64,000 nucleotides of DNA from contig JASGHK010000008.1 of assembly GCA_049841135.1 (NCBI GenBank), positions 275,272 to 339,271 on the forward strand, in the 5' to 3' direction. Positions 1 through 10,058 of the stretch are shown piece after piece (position 1 is the stretch's first letter; each line of letters begins with the position of its first letter). The position numbers and the translations under genes were made by a program. The stretch is from Myxococcales bacterium (GTDB lineage Bacteria; Myxococcota; Myxococcia; Myxococcales; UBA5297). Below the pieces are notes generated by a model. It did no database searches. It was not told where the DNA came from and was given only the letters and a program-made list of their open reading frames with translations.

Positions 1-1047
1 TCTACACCTCCGACGAGCCGCCCAGCCGCCTGACCCCGGTCATCGAGGCCCTCAAGGCCGCCGGCGCGCGCGGCGTGCGGGTGCGGTTCCTGGTCGACGA
101 CTCCTTCTCGCTCAAGTACCCCAAGACCACCGACGCCCTCACCACCATCAAGGGCCTGCAGATGCGCAAGCTGGTCGGCGGCAAGCTCTTCGGCGGCATC
201 CTCCACGCCAAGTACTTCATCGTCGACCGCAAGGAGGGCTACCTGGGCAGCCAGAACTTCGACTGGCGCTCGCTGGAGCACATCCAGGAGATGGGCGTGC
301 GCATCAAGTCGCCGGAAGCTCTCGGCGGAGCTGCTGGACGTCTTCGAGACCGACTGGGAGCTCGCCGGCGGCGCCCCGAACGACCACCGCATCAAGCGCC
401 ACAAGCACTACGGCCCGGTGCGCATCGGCGACGACACCACCGCGACGCTCACCGCGAACCCCAAGGGCTGGCTGCCGGACGAGGCCAGCTGGGACCTTCC
501 GCAGATCATCGAGAAGATCGACCGTGCCCGGCAGAGCGTGGCGGTGCAGGTGCTGACCTACAAGCTCAAGGGCTACGGCGGCGACGAGTACAAGGGCCTG
601 GACGAGGCGCTGCGGCGGGCGGCCCAGCGCGGCGTGAAGGTGCGCCTGCTGGTCTCCGACTGGTCGAACAAGCAGGGCTCCGACGCGCGCCGGGACATCA
701 CCGAGCTGGCCAAGGTCCCGAACGTCGAGGTGCGGGTGATCACCATCCCGGCGTGGACGGGCGGGCCCATCCCGTTCGCGCGCGTGTGCCACTCCAAGAT
801 CATGGTGGTCGACGGCGAGGCGAGCTGGGTGGGGACGAGCAACTGGGAAGGCGACTACTTCTTCAAGAGCCGCAACGTCGGCATCATCATCGAGAGCCGC
901 CCCTTCACCGAGCGGCTCACGCGGGTCTTCGACGATTCGTGGGAGGCGCCCTACACCAAGGCGCCGCTGCCCATGCCGCCGGGCGAGAAGCCGGAGCGGG
1001 AGTGGAAGAAGACCGACTTCAAGGCCAACCCCGAGCCGACGTACTAG
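1..1047 (+). CDS. Phospholipase D / cardiolipin-synthase-like protein (two HKD motifs), 5'-partial. A +1 frameshift near 316 splits it across ORFs 75..1226 (frame 3) and 418..1047 (frame 1)
   Basis: Two HxK(x)4D(x)6G motifs: HAKYFIVDRKEGYLGSQNF (frame of 75..) and HSKIMVVDGEASWVGTSNW (frame of 418..). The reading frame switches at tcgccggaAgctctcggcgg; deleting one base restores SPELSAELLDVFETDW. The ORF continues off the window start. Confidence 0.75.
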
Positions 1048-1260
1048 CGCGCATCGGCGCCGCGAAGGGACGGCGCGGTCGAGTGGCGCCGTCGAGAGAC
1101 GGCGTCCCGCGTCTGAGCTGTAACCCCAGGCCCAGCCGCTCGTCTCTGTCGAGCCCGAAGCACCGAAGCGCTCTTTTCTCTCGAAGGGTGGTAGCCGCCG
1201 CAGCGCGTCATCAGCCGGGAGGATGACACTGCACTGGCTGCTGCTACAGTCCGGCACCTG

Positions 1261-3249
1261 ATGTCCGACCCGGTCTTCCAGAAGTTCGGCGTCTCCAGCC
1301 CTGACGAGGACAGCTTCCTCGCCACCTTGGGGCCGCACGTGGACCGCGACGGCCTCTTCGTCCCCAGCCCGAGCCCGCTGCCCGTCGGCACCCGCGTCAA
1401 CCTCGAGTTCGCGCTGCAGGACATGACCACCGTCCTGGCCTGCGAGGGCGAGGTGCTCCTCTCTCGCCGGCCCGGTGGAGCGGCGCGCCCGGGGATGCTC
1501 CTGCGCTTCACCTCCCTCTCCGAGGAGGACCGGGGCCGCGTCGAGCGCGCGCTGGCCACGCTGGACGGCACCCAGAACGCGCCCCTGCCCGGCTCGGCCA
1601 CGATGCCGGGCGAGCCCAGCGACCCGCTGCACCCGCCCGGGTCCGCCCGCCGCTCGCGGCCTTCGGGAGTGGACCTGTGCGTCGGCATCGACTTCGGAGC
1701 CACCTCGTGCCGGGCCGGCGTGCTGGTCGACCGGGGCGTGCGGGCGGTGGAGCTGGAGGGCCGCAGCCCGGTGCTCGCCAGCGCCGTCGCCGTGGACGAC
1801 CGCGGGCGGCTCATGCTCGGCGCCCGCGCCCGCGCGCAGCAGGCCGTCGACCCGCGCAGCGCCCTGGTCGGCTTCCGGCGGCTGCTGGGGCTGCGACCGG
1901 CCTCCGACCTCGCCCGCAAGTTCACCGCGCGGCTGCCCTTCGAGGTCTGCACCGACGCCTACGGCGACGCCGCGGTCCGGGTGCGCGGGCGGGTGATGAC
2001 CGTGGTCGAGACCGCGGCCTGCCTGCTCGCCGAGATCCGCAACCGCACCTCCAACGCGCTGGGGCAGCCCTTGCGTCACGCGGTCCTGAGCGCGCCGGCG
2101 GCGTTCTCGGAGCGCCAGCGCCAGGCGCTGAGGATGGCCGCGCACCTCGCGGGGTGGAAGGTGGACCACGTCGTCAGCGACCCGATCGCCGCCGCCGTGG
2201 CCTGGTGCCACCGGCGAGGATTGGGCTCGCGCCTGCTGCTGGTGTTCGACCTGGGCGGCAGCTCCTTCGCGGCGAGCCTGGTGCGGGTCACCGCCGACCA
2301 GCTCGAGGTCCTGGGCACCGACGGCGAGCCGCAGCTGGGCGGCGAGGCCTTCGACTGCCGGCTGGCGCGCTTCCTGGAGGACGGCTTCGAGAAGGCCCAC
2401 GGCGCCACCATCGACGACCCCCTCACCCGGCACCGCGTGCGCGACGCCGCCGAGGCCGCCAAGATCGCGCTGAGCCAGGAGGGAGAAGCGCGGGTCCACG
2501 TGCCCTGGGCGGCGGGCGACCTGCGCGGAGCGCCGCTGGACCTGGAGGCGACGGTCACGCGCGCGCAGCTCGACCCGCTCGTGGCCGACCTCGCCAGCCG
2601 GGCGGTGGTCGTGGCCCGCGCGCTCTGCCAGCGGTTCGGCGTGGGCGCCGCGCAGCTCGACGAGGTGATCCTGGTCGGCGGCCAGAGCCAGGCGCCGGTG
2701 GTGCGCCTCGCGCTGGAGGCCGCGTTCGGCGACAAGGTGGGCCGAGAGCTCTCACCGCTCGACGCCGTCTCCACCGGCGCCGCCATCGTCGGCTGGGCGC
2801 TGCGGCAGGAGCCCCGGCGGTCGGGGCCCGCGGCGACGGCGAGCCTGGCGCAGAGCCTGCACCTCGGTCTCTCGGAGCAGCGCTTCCACCGGGTGCTCGA
2901 GCGCGGGATGCCGCTCCCCTGCGAGCGCGCCTGCCAGGTCACGGTGGGGCCCGAGGGCATGGTGCGGCTGGGCGTCTGGGAGTTCGAGGGCACCCAGCCG
3001 ATGGATCGGGCCTACCTGGGCGCGCTGCACCTGCGCGCTCCGGTGGGCGAGAAGGTCGAGGCCGTCTTCTCGGTGTCGCGCAGCGGCGTGTTGACCGTGA
3101 CCGCGCGGACGGCGAAGGGCGGCGCGGCCTTCACCGCTGCGACGGCGAGCCTCACCGGGGAAGGCCGTCGCGAGCTCGAGGCGTCTGCGGCGCTGCCGGA
3201 GCCGACCGGGCGGGAGAAGGTCGACGCCAAGAGGTTGCTGGCGCGGTAG
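1261..3249 (+). CDS. PilZ-domain / Hsp70 (DnaK-like ATPase) fusion protein
   Basis: The N-terminal ~100 aa are PilZ-like (VPSPSPLPVGTRVNLEFAL...GMLLRFTSLSEEDRGRVERAL). Hsp70 motifs follow: VGIDFGATSCRAGV, VLSAPAAFSERQRQALRMAAHLAGWKVDHVVSDPIAAAVAW, LVFDLGGSSFAASLV, VILVGGQSQAPVV. Confidence 0.8.
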   Translation: MSDPVFQKFGVSSPDEDSFLATLGPHVDRDGLFVPSPSPLPVGTRVNLEFALQDMTTVLACEGEVLLSRRPGGAARPGMLLRFTSLSEEDRGRVERALATLDGTQNAPLPGSATMPGEPSDPLHPPGSARRSRPSGVDLCVGIDFGATSCRAGVLVDRGVRAVELEGRSPVLASAVAVDDRGRLMLGARARAQQAVDPRSALVGFRRLLGLRPASDLARKFTARLPFEVCTDAYGDAAVRVRGRVMTVVETAACLLAEIRNRTSNALGQPLRHAVLSAPAAFSERQRQALRMAAHLAGWKVDHVVSDPIAAAVAWCHRRGLGSRLLLVFDLGGSSFAASLVRVTADQLEVLGTDGEPQLGGEAFDCRLARFLEDGFEKAHGATIDDPLTRHRVRDAAEAAKIALSQEGEARVHVPWAAGDLRGAPLDLEATVTRAQLDPLVADLASRAVVVARALCQRFGVGAAQLDEVILVGGQSQAPVVRLALEAAFGDKVGRELSPLDAVSTGAAIVGWALRQEPRRSGPAATASLAQSLHLGLSEQRFHRVLERGMPLPCERACQVTVGPEGMVRLGVWEFEGTQPMDRAYLGALHLRAPVGEKVEAVFSVSRSGVLTVTARTAKGGAAFTAATASLTGEGRRELEASAALPEPTGREKVDAKRLLAR

Positions 3250-3430
3250 ACGCAGCCACGGGCCCCGCGGATCGGCGGCCCCTTGCCCGATGCCGATCAC
3301 CGAAGGCATTTCGACTTCGCGTGCCTGAAGGCGCCCCTCGGATCGCCGGCCTCGTGCCGGCTAGCTTCTGAACAGCCCCACCATGAGGCCCTGGCCCCTC
3401 GGCCCCGGAAGGCTGATACCTTTTGCCGCC

Positions 3431-5467
3431 ATGCGCTCTCCCCATCGCCTCCCGGTCCTCGCCGCGGCCCTCGCCCTCGGCGCCCTGCTGCCGTCCGCCT
3501 CCGCCTTCGCGTTCCAGGAGACCGTCATGGTCTCGATGCGCGACGGCGTGCAGCTCGCGACCGAGGTCTTCCGACCCGACGGAGCCGTCACGCCGCGCCC
3601 GGTGATCCTCCGGCGCACCCCCTACGGCCGCGCGATGGACTCGAACACCGTCAACGCCCTGCTCTTCTACGGCTTCAACGTGGTCTCGCAGGACGTGCGC
3701 GGCCGCGGGGGCAGCGGCGGCGTGTTCGTGCCGTTCATGGACGACCACAACGACGGCCCGGACACCCTGGCGTGGATCGCCCAGCAGCCGTTCAGCAACG
3801 GCAGCGTCGGCACCTACAGCGCCTCGGCCGAGGGCATCGTGCAGCTGATGGCCGCCGGCGAGGGCCCGCCGGCGCTCAAGTGCGCGCACGTCGGCGTGGC
3901 GACCGGCGACGTCTACGAAGGCATCATGCCCGGCGGCGCCTGGCGAAAGGAGCTGACCACCGACTGGCTCGTCGGCCTGAACGAGCCGGCCGCGCTCGCG
4001 CTCCTGCGCCAGCACGAGGCCAGCGACTCCTACTGGGACCCGGTGCGGCTCACGCCCGCCAAGCGCGCCAAGGTCAAGGCGCCCGTCTTCCTGTACGGCG
4101 GCTTCTTCGACATCTTCTCCAAGGACACCGCGAAGGCGCACCGGCTGCTGCAGCAGGAGGCGGATCCCTCCGTGCGCGGCGACATGTTCCTCGTGCTGGG
4201 CCCATGGACGCACGGGGGCATCAACACCAACGTGCAGGGTGAAGTCACCTTCCCCGCCGACGCCGCCTACCAGCAGCTCACCAACGAGTTCGCCTCGTGG
4301 ATCGCCTGGTGCCTCATGGGCAGCACGCGCCCCAGCTGGCAGGCGGTGCGCTACTACCGCATGAAGCTCTCCGACGACGGCCGCAGCGCCACCGGCCAGT
4401 GGCTGGGCACCGACACCTGGCCGCCCGCCTCCACCGCGACGACCTTCTACGTCCACGACGATCTGTCGCTCTCGACGCTCCCCCCGCGCGCCAACGGCAT
4501 CGCCTCGACGCTCCACTCCGACCCGGCGGCGCCCATCCCCTCGCGCGGCGGCGGCAACCTCAACACGGCCGCGGGCCCGATGGACCAGGCCTCCGTCGAC
4601 TCGCTCGGCGGCGTGCTGACCGCCACCACGCTGCCGGCTTCCGTGGAGGTCACCGTGGCCGGCGACGTCACCGCGCGGGTCTGGGCCGCCAGCAGCTCGA
4701 CCGACGCCGACGCCATCGTGCGCCTGTCGCAGGTGACGCCGGGCGGCCGCGTGATGATGCTCGCCGACGGCGTGCGCCGCGGCCGCTTCGTCCAGAGCAC
4801 CGACGCCCTCCAACCGCTGACCCCTGGGCAGCCCGCCGCCTTCGACATCGAGGTGGGCCCCGTCGCGTTCGTGCTGCCCAAAGGTCATGCGCTGCGCCTG
4901 TCCATCCAGGCCACGTCCAGCCCGCGCTACGAGCCGAACCCCGGCGTCGGCACGCCGCTCGCGCAGAACCCGGCTCCCGTCGCCTACGACCTGACCGTCT
5001 ACCGCGATCCGACGCACCCCAGCACCGTCACGCTGCCCATCGTCTCCGGCTCCATCCCGCTCCCCTCCGGCTCCGATGCCGGCATGCCGGCGGACGCCAC
5101 GACGGTCGCGCCGGCGGACGGTTCGTTGGCGGCCCTCGATGACGCCGGCACGCCGACCACCCCCGATGATGGCGGCGGAACGAGCGGCCCGGTCGACGGC
5201 GGCGCGCCTTCGTCGATCGACGGCGCTCTGCCGCCCACGGGCGATGGCGGTGCCGCGATCGCTTCCGATGGCGGCGCGACCGAGGTCGCCGACGGGTCGA
5301 CGTCGTCCGGCTCCGACACCGGCACGGTCGAGTCCACTGACAGCGGCTCGGTCGAGCCGACGGCGCCGGGAGGCTGCGGCTGCTCGAGCGCGGCTGGCGC
5401 CTGGCCCGCCCTCCTCGTCCTCGGCGCGTCCCTCAGCCTGTCCATCCGCGTCCGTCGGCGCCGCTAG
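3431..5467 (+). CDS. CocE/NonD (X-Pro dipeptidyl-peptidase S15) family hydrolase with Gly/Asp-rich linker and MYXO-CTERM sorting tail
   Basis: Signal peptide MRSPHRLPVLAAALALGALLPSASAFA. S15-type motifs RRTPYGR and GSVGTYSASAEG. The C-terminal tail is ...GGCGCSSAAGAWPALLVLGASLSLSIRVRRRR (GCGC plus TM plus Arg cluster). Confidence 0.8.
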   Translation: MRSPHRLPVLAAALALGALLPSASAFAFQETVMVSMRDGVQLATEVFRPDGAVTPRPVILRRTPYGRAMDSNTVNALLFYGFNVVSQDVRGRGGSGGVFVPFMDDHNDGPDTLAWIAQQPFSNGSVGTYSASAEGIVQLMAAGEGPPALKCAHVGVATGDVYEGIMPGGAWRKELTTDWLVGLNEPAALALLRQHEASDSYWDPVRLTPAKRAKVKAPVFLYGGFFDIFSKDTAKAHRLLQQEADPSVRGDMFLVLGPWTHGGINTNVQGEVTFPADAAYQQLTNEFASWIAWCLMGSTRPSWQAVRYYRMKLSDDGRSATGQWLGTDTWPPASTATTFYVHDDLSLSTLPPRANGIASTLHSDPAAPIPSRGGGNLNTAAGPMDQASVDSLGGVLTATTLPASVEVTVAGDVTARVWAASSSTDADAIVRLSQVTPGGRVMMLADGVRRGRFVQSTDALQPLTPGQPAAFDIEVGPVAFVLPKGHALRLSIQATSSPRYEPNPGVGTPLAQNPAPVAYDLTVYRDPTHPSTVTLPIVSGSIPLPSGSDAGMPADATTVAPADGSLAALDDAGTPTTPDDGGGTSGPVDGGAPSSIDGALPPTGDGGAAIASDGGATEVADGSTSSGSDTGTVESTDSGSVEPTAPGGCGCSSAAGAWPALLVLGASLSLSIRVRRRR

Positions 5468-5583
5468 CGCTCATTTCCGCCAGCAAATTCCCACGGTTGC
5501 CTCGGGCCTCCGGGACAGGCCTCGGAGACAACTTCGCCTTCAATGTTCCGATAATTCTCAGGATTTCCGCCCTCGAGGTCCCC

Positions 5584-7073
5584 ATGTCCCGCCGACCGGC
5601 CCTGCTCGTCGTCAGCCTCGTCGCCGCCCTCCTTGGCCTTGCGTCCTGCGGCGAGAACCACCGGTCGGAAGCTCGGCGTCGATGCGGCACTGGTCGTTCA
5701 CGCCGACGCCGGCGCGCTCGGCGACGCATCGCTGCCTTCGTCACCCGACGCCAGCGCTCAGCCGGGAGTCGATGCCACTTCCGGCGAGCCGCTCGACGCC
5801 GCAGTCATCGTGACCCTCGATGCGGGCCATCCAGCTGCCGACGCAGCGACGCCCTCCGGCGCCGACGGGGGCCTCTGCCCCACCCCCGGTTCCGGCACGC
5901 TGGCCGATCCCTTCTGCATCCCCGCGGCGCCGCACACCGTCTTCACCGACCGCCGCTCGACCGCCGACTCGACCTCCAGCGTCATCGACCAGTATCCGCC
6001 GAGCGACGCGGACGAGACCGGCCCGGAGTTCTTCTACAAGTTCCACGTCGCGCAGCCGATGCGCTTCTCCGCCGAGGTGAAGGCCCCCGAGCCCTCGGGC
6101 GTGGACGTCGACGTGCACCTGCTCAGCTCGCTCAGCCCGCAGACGCTCATCGTGCGCAACGACAAGGCCGTCTACGCCACGCTGCAGCCCGGCGACTACT
6201 TCCTCTCGCTCGACAGCTACAAGGGCCTCAAGGGCAGCTACATCCTCGACGCCACCTTCCGGCCGGTCACCGTCCCGGACTCCGACACCTTCAACCACTG
6301 GATCCTGCAGGCAGTGACCGAGCTGTTCGCGGGCTACGGCCTCCAGGGCTACTCCGACGTGGCGCTCACCCACGACCTGACCTACGGGAGCAAGGGCACC
6401 GTCAGCGCGATGGCGCCGCCGCGGACGATGTGCGTCGCGGCGGTGATGGAGGTGCTGGTCACCGCCCTGCAGATCTACGCGCGCGACACCGGGGACCAGT
6501 CGGTCTTCGACTTCTTGCCCATCAAGAGCTGGCAGAGCCTGTCCGCGAGCAACATCCGCGCGCACCTCTGGGTCAACCCGGACCTCGCGGCGGGCGGGTC
6601 GGCGGACGCGGTGCGCCACTTCGGCCTGGGCATGACCGTGCCCTTCGAGGAGCTGACGCCGGGCTCGTTGCTCAACCTGAACCGCACCACCGGCACCGGC
6701 CACGCAGTCATCTTCCTGGCGTTCCTGGACGCCAGCGGCACCGAGTACACGCGCTGGAACTCGAACGTCATCGGCTTCAAGTACTTCTCGTCGCAGGGCG
6801 GCTACGACGCGGGCGCCGGCGGCTTCGACTACCGCTGGGCGGTCTTCTCGGACTACGGGACCCCGACGATGCCCGGCAAGCGCGACGCCAACATCATCTA
6901 CAGCACCAGCCAGAAGATCCTGAACACCGGCATCGTCTACGCGCCGTCGCGCTGGCTGCGCACCAGCTGGTCGAACCCGAGCGGCACGCGCGACTTCGAC
7001 GGCCCGGAAGCTCGAGAGCGTCTTCGACCCCGTCTACTTCGACGGCAAGACGATCGACGACGAGCTGCCCTAA
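5584..7073 (+). CDS. Lipoprotein with pre-peptidase C-terminal (PPC)-like domain and putative Cys/His hydrolase domain. Two +1 frameshifts (~5667 and ~7006) split it over three frames
   Basis: Lipobox signal MSRRPALLVVSLVAALLGLASCGEN (frame 1) continues as ...KLGVDAALVVHADAGALGDAS... in frame 2. The C-terminus continues in a third frame as ...KLESVFDPVYFDGKTIDDELP* (stop 7071-7073). Both junctions lie at cggaAGCTC. Confidence 0.6.
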
Positions 7074-7432
7074 CCCGCTAGGCCCGCACGTCGGTGGCGC
7101 GCAGCGGACACCGGAGTCGAAGGCTCAGCCATCGGCTCGGAGACGCCAGCCCCAGGTCTGCCAGCGAATCCAACAACAACCGGGTCCGGTGAGATCCTGC
7201 GCGCATCACGGACGTTGATTCTCTGCCTCGGCGGCCCTGGCCGAGCTGTCGAAGAAGGACGGCACCATCCTCCGGGTGACGCACGGCAAGTGACTCCACG
7301 GCCTGGCGATCGAGGCGCCGCCTCCTCGCCAAGGGTCCTTGGCCCGGCGGCTAGTGCTAGTCTTCGGGCCGTCGACGCCGCCCCGAGGCCCCGTGCTCAC
7401 GCCCCCCACCCAGCTCCGAGCCTGCTCGAGGT

Positions 7433-9007
7433 GTGGGGCAGCTCCACCCTGAAGGCGACTGCCCTCTGTCGCCGACGGTGCGCCGCGCCTGTTCCGCCTG
7501 CGGAGAGCCCCACCCCGAAGGCGAATGCTCGCGGTCGGCGTCGGCGCACCGTGCCACGGACCTGCCTGCGCTCTCGGCTTCGCTCGCGCCAGCCCCCGAG
7601 CCCCCGTCGCTCGTCGGGCAGACCCTGGGCGAGTACCGCGTCACCTCGGTCCTGGGCGAAGGCGGGATGGGGACCGTCTACCGCGGCGTGCACCCACTCA
7701 TCGGCAAGCAGGTCGCCCTCAAGGTCCTCAAGCCGGCGCTCTCGCACGACCCGGAGCTGACGAAACGCTTCCTCGCCGAGGCCCAAGCCGCCAACAAGAT
7801 CGGCCACCGCAACATCGTGGACGTCTTCGCCTTCGGGACGCTGCCCGACGGCTCGCAGTACTTCGCCATGGAGCTCCTCGACGGCTGCAGCCTCGGCGGC
7901 CACCTGGCCCAGGTGGGCCGGCTGGGCTGGCGCGAGGCCCGGCACATCTTCGCGGAGGTGTTCGACGGCCTGCAGGCCGCGCACGAGCGCGGTGTGGTCC
8001 ACCGCGATCTCAAGCCCGACAACGTCTTCCTGGTGCGCGGCAGCGACGGCTCAGTCACCGTGAAGCTGCTCGACTTCGGGATCGCCAAGTTCACCGGCGG
8101 CGGAAGCGCGACCTCCACGCAGACCGGGGTCGCCATGGGCACCCCGCACTACATGTCGCCCGAGCACTGCCGGGGGCGCGACGTCGACGTGCGCTCGGAC
8201 CTCTACTCGCTGGGGGTGATGCTCTTCGAGGCCTTCACCGCTCGCCTGCCCTTCGAGGCCTCGTCGCCCTACGAGGTCATCAGCGCCCAGCTCACGGCGA
8301 CGCCGCCCTCGCCGCGCGACTTCGCCGCCGTCCCGGTCGAGCTCGAGCGCCTCATCCTGCGCTGCCTCTCCAAGGAGAAGGAGAAGCGTCCCGCCTCGGT
8401 CGAGGAGCTCCGCCTCGCCCTGCTGCCGATGCTCGACCGCCTGGCCGACTCCGACGCAGCTCCCGGGCCACTCCCCGTCGCCCCCACGCCGCGGTGGCGC
8501 AAGGCGCTGTGGGTCGCCGTCCCCGTCGCAGCAGCGGCCTTGGGCCTGACCGCGACGCTGGCGTTGTCGGATCTCGGGCACGCCCCGAAGCCGGCGATGG
8601 AAACGTCCCGCATCCCCGATCCTGTCCGCGATCCTCCGCCGGCTTCCGCCCCCGATCCCATGCCCGCACCGGCTGAAGCGCCTCCGCGGACGGTCACCAT
8701 CGAGGTCAAACTCACGCCGATGGCGGAAGGGGCGACGCTCTTCGTCGACGGGCAGCAGCGCGAGGCGCTGCGCTTCCAGGCCCCCTTCAGCGACACCCGG
8801 CCGCTCTCGCTGCGGCTGGAGGCGCGCGGATTCCGCCCGTGGCAGGCGGAGGCGCTGCCCAGCGCCGATCGCGTCTACGAGGTCGCGCTGGAGCGGCTGG
8901 CCGATCGGCCGCCCGCGAAGGCGAGCCCCAAGGCCGCGCCGCCGGTCACCGTCCCACCCGTCCCCCCGGAGCGCACGAAGCGAGTGCAGCGCGCCGACGA
9001 CCTGTAG
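7433..9007 (+). CDS. Ser/Thr protein kinase with TM segment and C-terminal PEGA-like region (start codon uncertain)
   Basis: Hanks motifs: LGEGGMGTVYRG, VALKVL, HRDLKPDNVFL, DFGIAKF, GTPHYMSPE. TM segment ALWVAVPVAAAALGLTATLAL. Confidence 0.85.
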   Translation: MGQLHPEGDCPLSPTVRRACSACGEPHPEGECSRSASAHRATDLPALSASLAPAPEPPSLVGQTLGEYRVTSVLGEGGMGTVYRGVHPLIGKQVALKVLKPALSHDPELTKRFLAEAQAANKIGHRNIVDVFAFGTLPDGSQYFAMELLDGCSLGGHLAQVGRLGWREARHIFAEVFDGLQAAHERGVVHRDLKPDNVFLVRGSDGSVTVKLLDFGIAKFTGGGSATSTQTGVAMGTPHYMSPEHCRGRDVDVRSDLYSLGVMLFEAFTARLPFEASSPYEVISAQLTATPPSPRDFAAVPVELERLILRCLSKEKEKRPASVEELRLALLPMLDRLADSDAAPGPLPVAPTPRWRKALWVAVPVAAAALGLTATLALSDLGHAPKPAMETSRIPDPVRDPPPASAPDPMPAPAEAPPRTVTIEVKLTPMAEGATLFVDGQQREALRFQAPFSDTRPLSLRLEARGFRPWQAEALPSADRVYEVALERLADRPPAKASPKAAPPVTVPPVPPERTKRVQRADDL

Positions 9008-9027
9008 CGGTCGAGGAGTGACCAGCG

Positions 9028-10058
9028 ATGTTCCGACGTGAGCGTCTTGGCTGCGTGGCGCTGCTGTTCGCCGTCCTGTCCACCGGCAGCTCGGGCGGGA
9101 CCGCGCGTGCGGCCGAGCGTGCCGAGCCCGGCCGCGACCGGGCGAAGGCCCTGCTGCTGGAGGGCAATCGCCTGCTCGACGAAGGCCAGTACCTCGAGGC
9201 GCTCAAGCGTTTCGAGGAGGCCTATGCCGCGTTTCCCAGCCCGAAGCTGCAGTTCAACCTCGCGCAGACCCTGCGCGAGCTGGGCCGCGACCTCCAGGCG
9301 CTGGAGCACTACGAGCGCTTCCTCATCGAAGCCCGCGAGACCGACGCTCCCGGACTGTTCCAGGCGGCCCGGGCGCGGGTCGCCGAGCTGAAGGGCCGCA
9401 TCGCCACGGTGGAGCTTCTCCTTGGGCCCCGAGGGCGCCGAGCTCGACCGTCGACGCCGTGCCGGCGGGTCGCGCCCCGCTCACCGCGCCGCTGCGCTTG
9501 ATGGCCGGGCCGCACGTCCTGGTCGCCTCCAAGCCCGGCCACGAGAGGCAGGTCCTCGAGGTCGTGCTCCAGCCCGGGCAGCGCCTGGTCCAGCAGGTCT
9601 CGCTCGTCACCGAGGAGGAGGCGGCGGCGACCCGCAAGGCGGTCCAGGAGGCCGAGGCCCGCCGCGCGCAGGCGCAGGAGAAGCTGCTCGTCGCGCAGAA
9701 GGAGGCGCGCGTGCTCGAGGAGCGGCGGCAGCGAGGCCTGCGCACCGCGGGCTGGGCGGGCCTGGGGGTCGGCGTGGGAGCAGAGGCCGCCGCGCTCCTG
9801 CTGGTGGGCCTGTCGCGCGCCGAAGCCGGACAGGTCGAGGGCGCTCCTCGCGACACCCCTTGGAGCAGCGTCTCCAAAGCCCAGGCCCGGTCGGAGGACC
9901 TGCGGACCGCCAGCGTGGTCTGCGCCGTCTCGGGCGCGGCCTTGCTCCTCGCCGGCGGGATCCTGTGGGGCCTATCGGCGGGCGAGCAGCCCAAGGTCGA
10001 GCTCGCGCCGGCCGTGGGCCCCAAGGGCGCTGGCCTGACCGTGGCGGGGAGGTTCTGA
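9028..10058 (+). CDS. TPR-like / PEGA-domain membrane protein (frameshifted around 9435-9450)
   Basis: Signal peptide plus TPR-like helices (ORF 9028..9501), then a PEGA-like stretch VDAVPAGRAPLTAPLRLMAGPHVLVASKPGHE in ORF 9459..10058, a coiled coil and a TM segment. Two nearby indels are needed to join the two ORFs. Confidence 0.6.

Noticed and set aside
304-2499. Long antisense or alternative-frame ORFs rich in Arg/Pro/Ala/Gly (for example 304..2499 -, 3152..5017 -, 9323..11836 -, 27686..30274 +, 48418..51585 +, 12559..13755 +)
   Set aside because: They are typical stop-codon-poor shadow frames in a ~70% GC genome. Their composition is extreme, and each overlaps a well-supported gene on the other strand or frame.
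7230-7300. Short protein-like reading (..SAAALAELSKKDGTILRVTHGK*) between the lipoprotein gene and the kinase
   Set aside because: About 25 codons with no start or homolog. Possibly a gene remnant, but too short to call.
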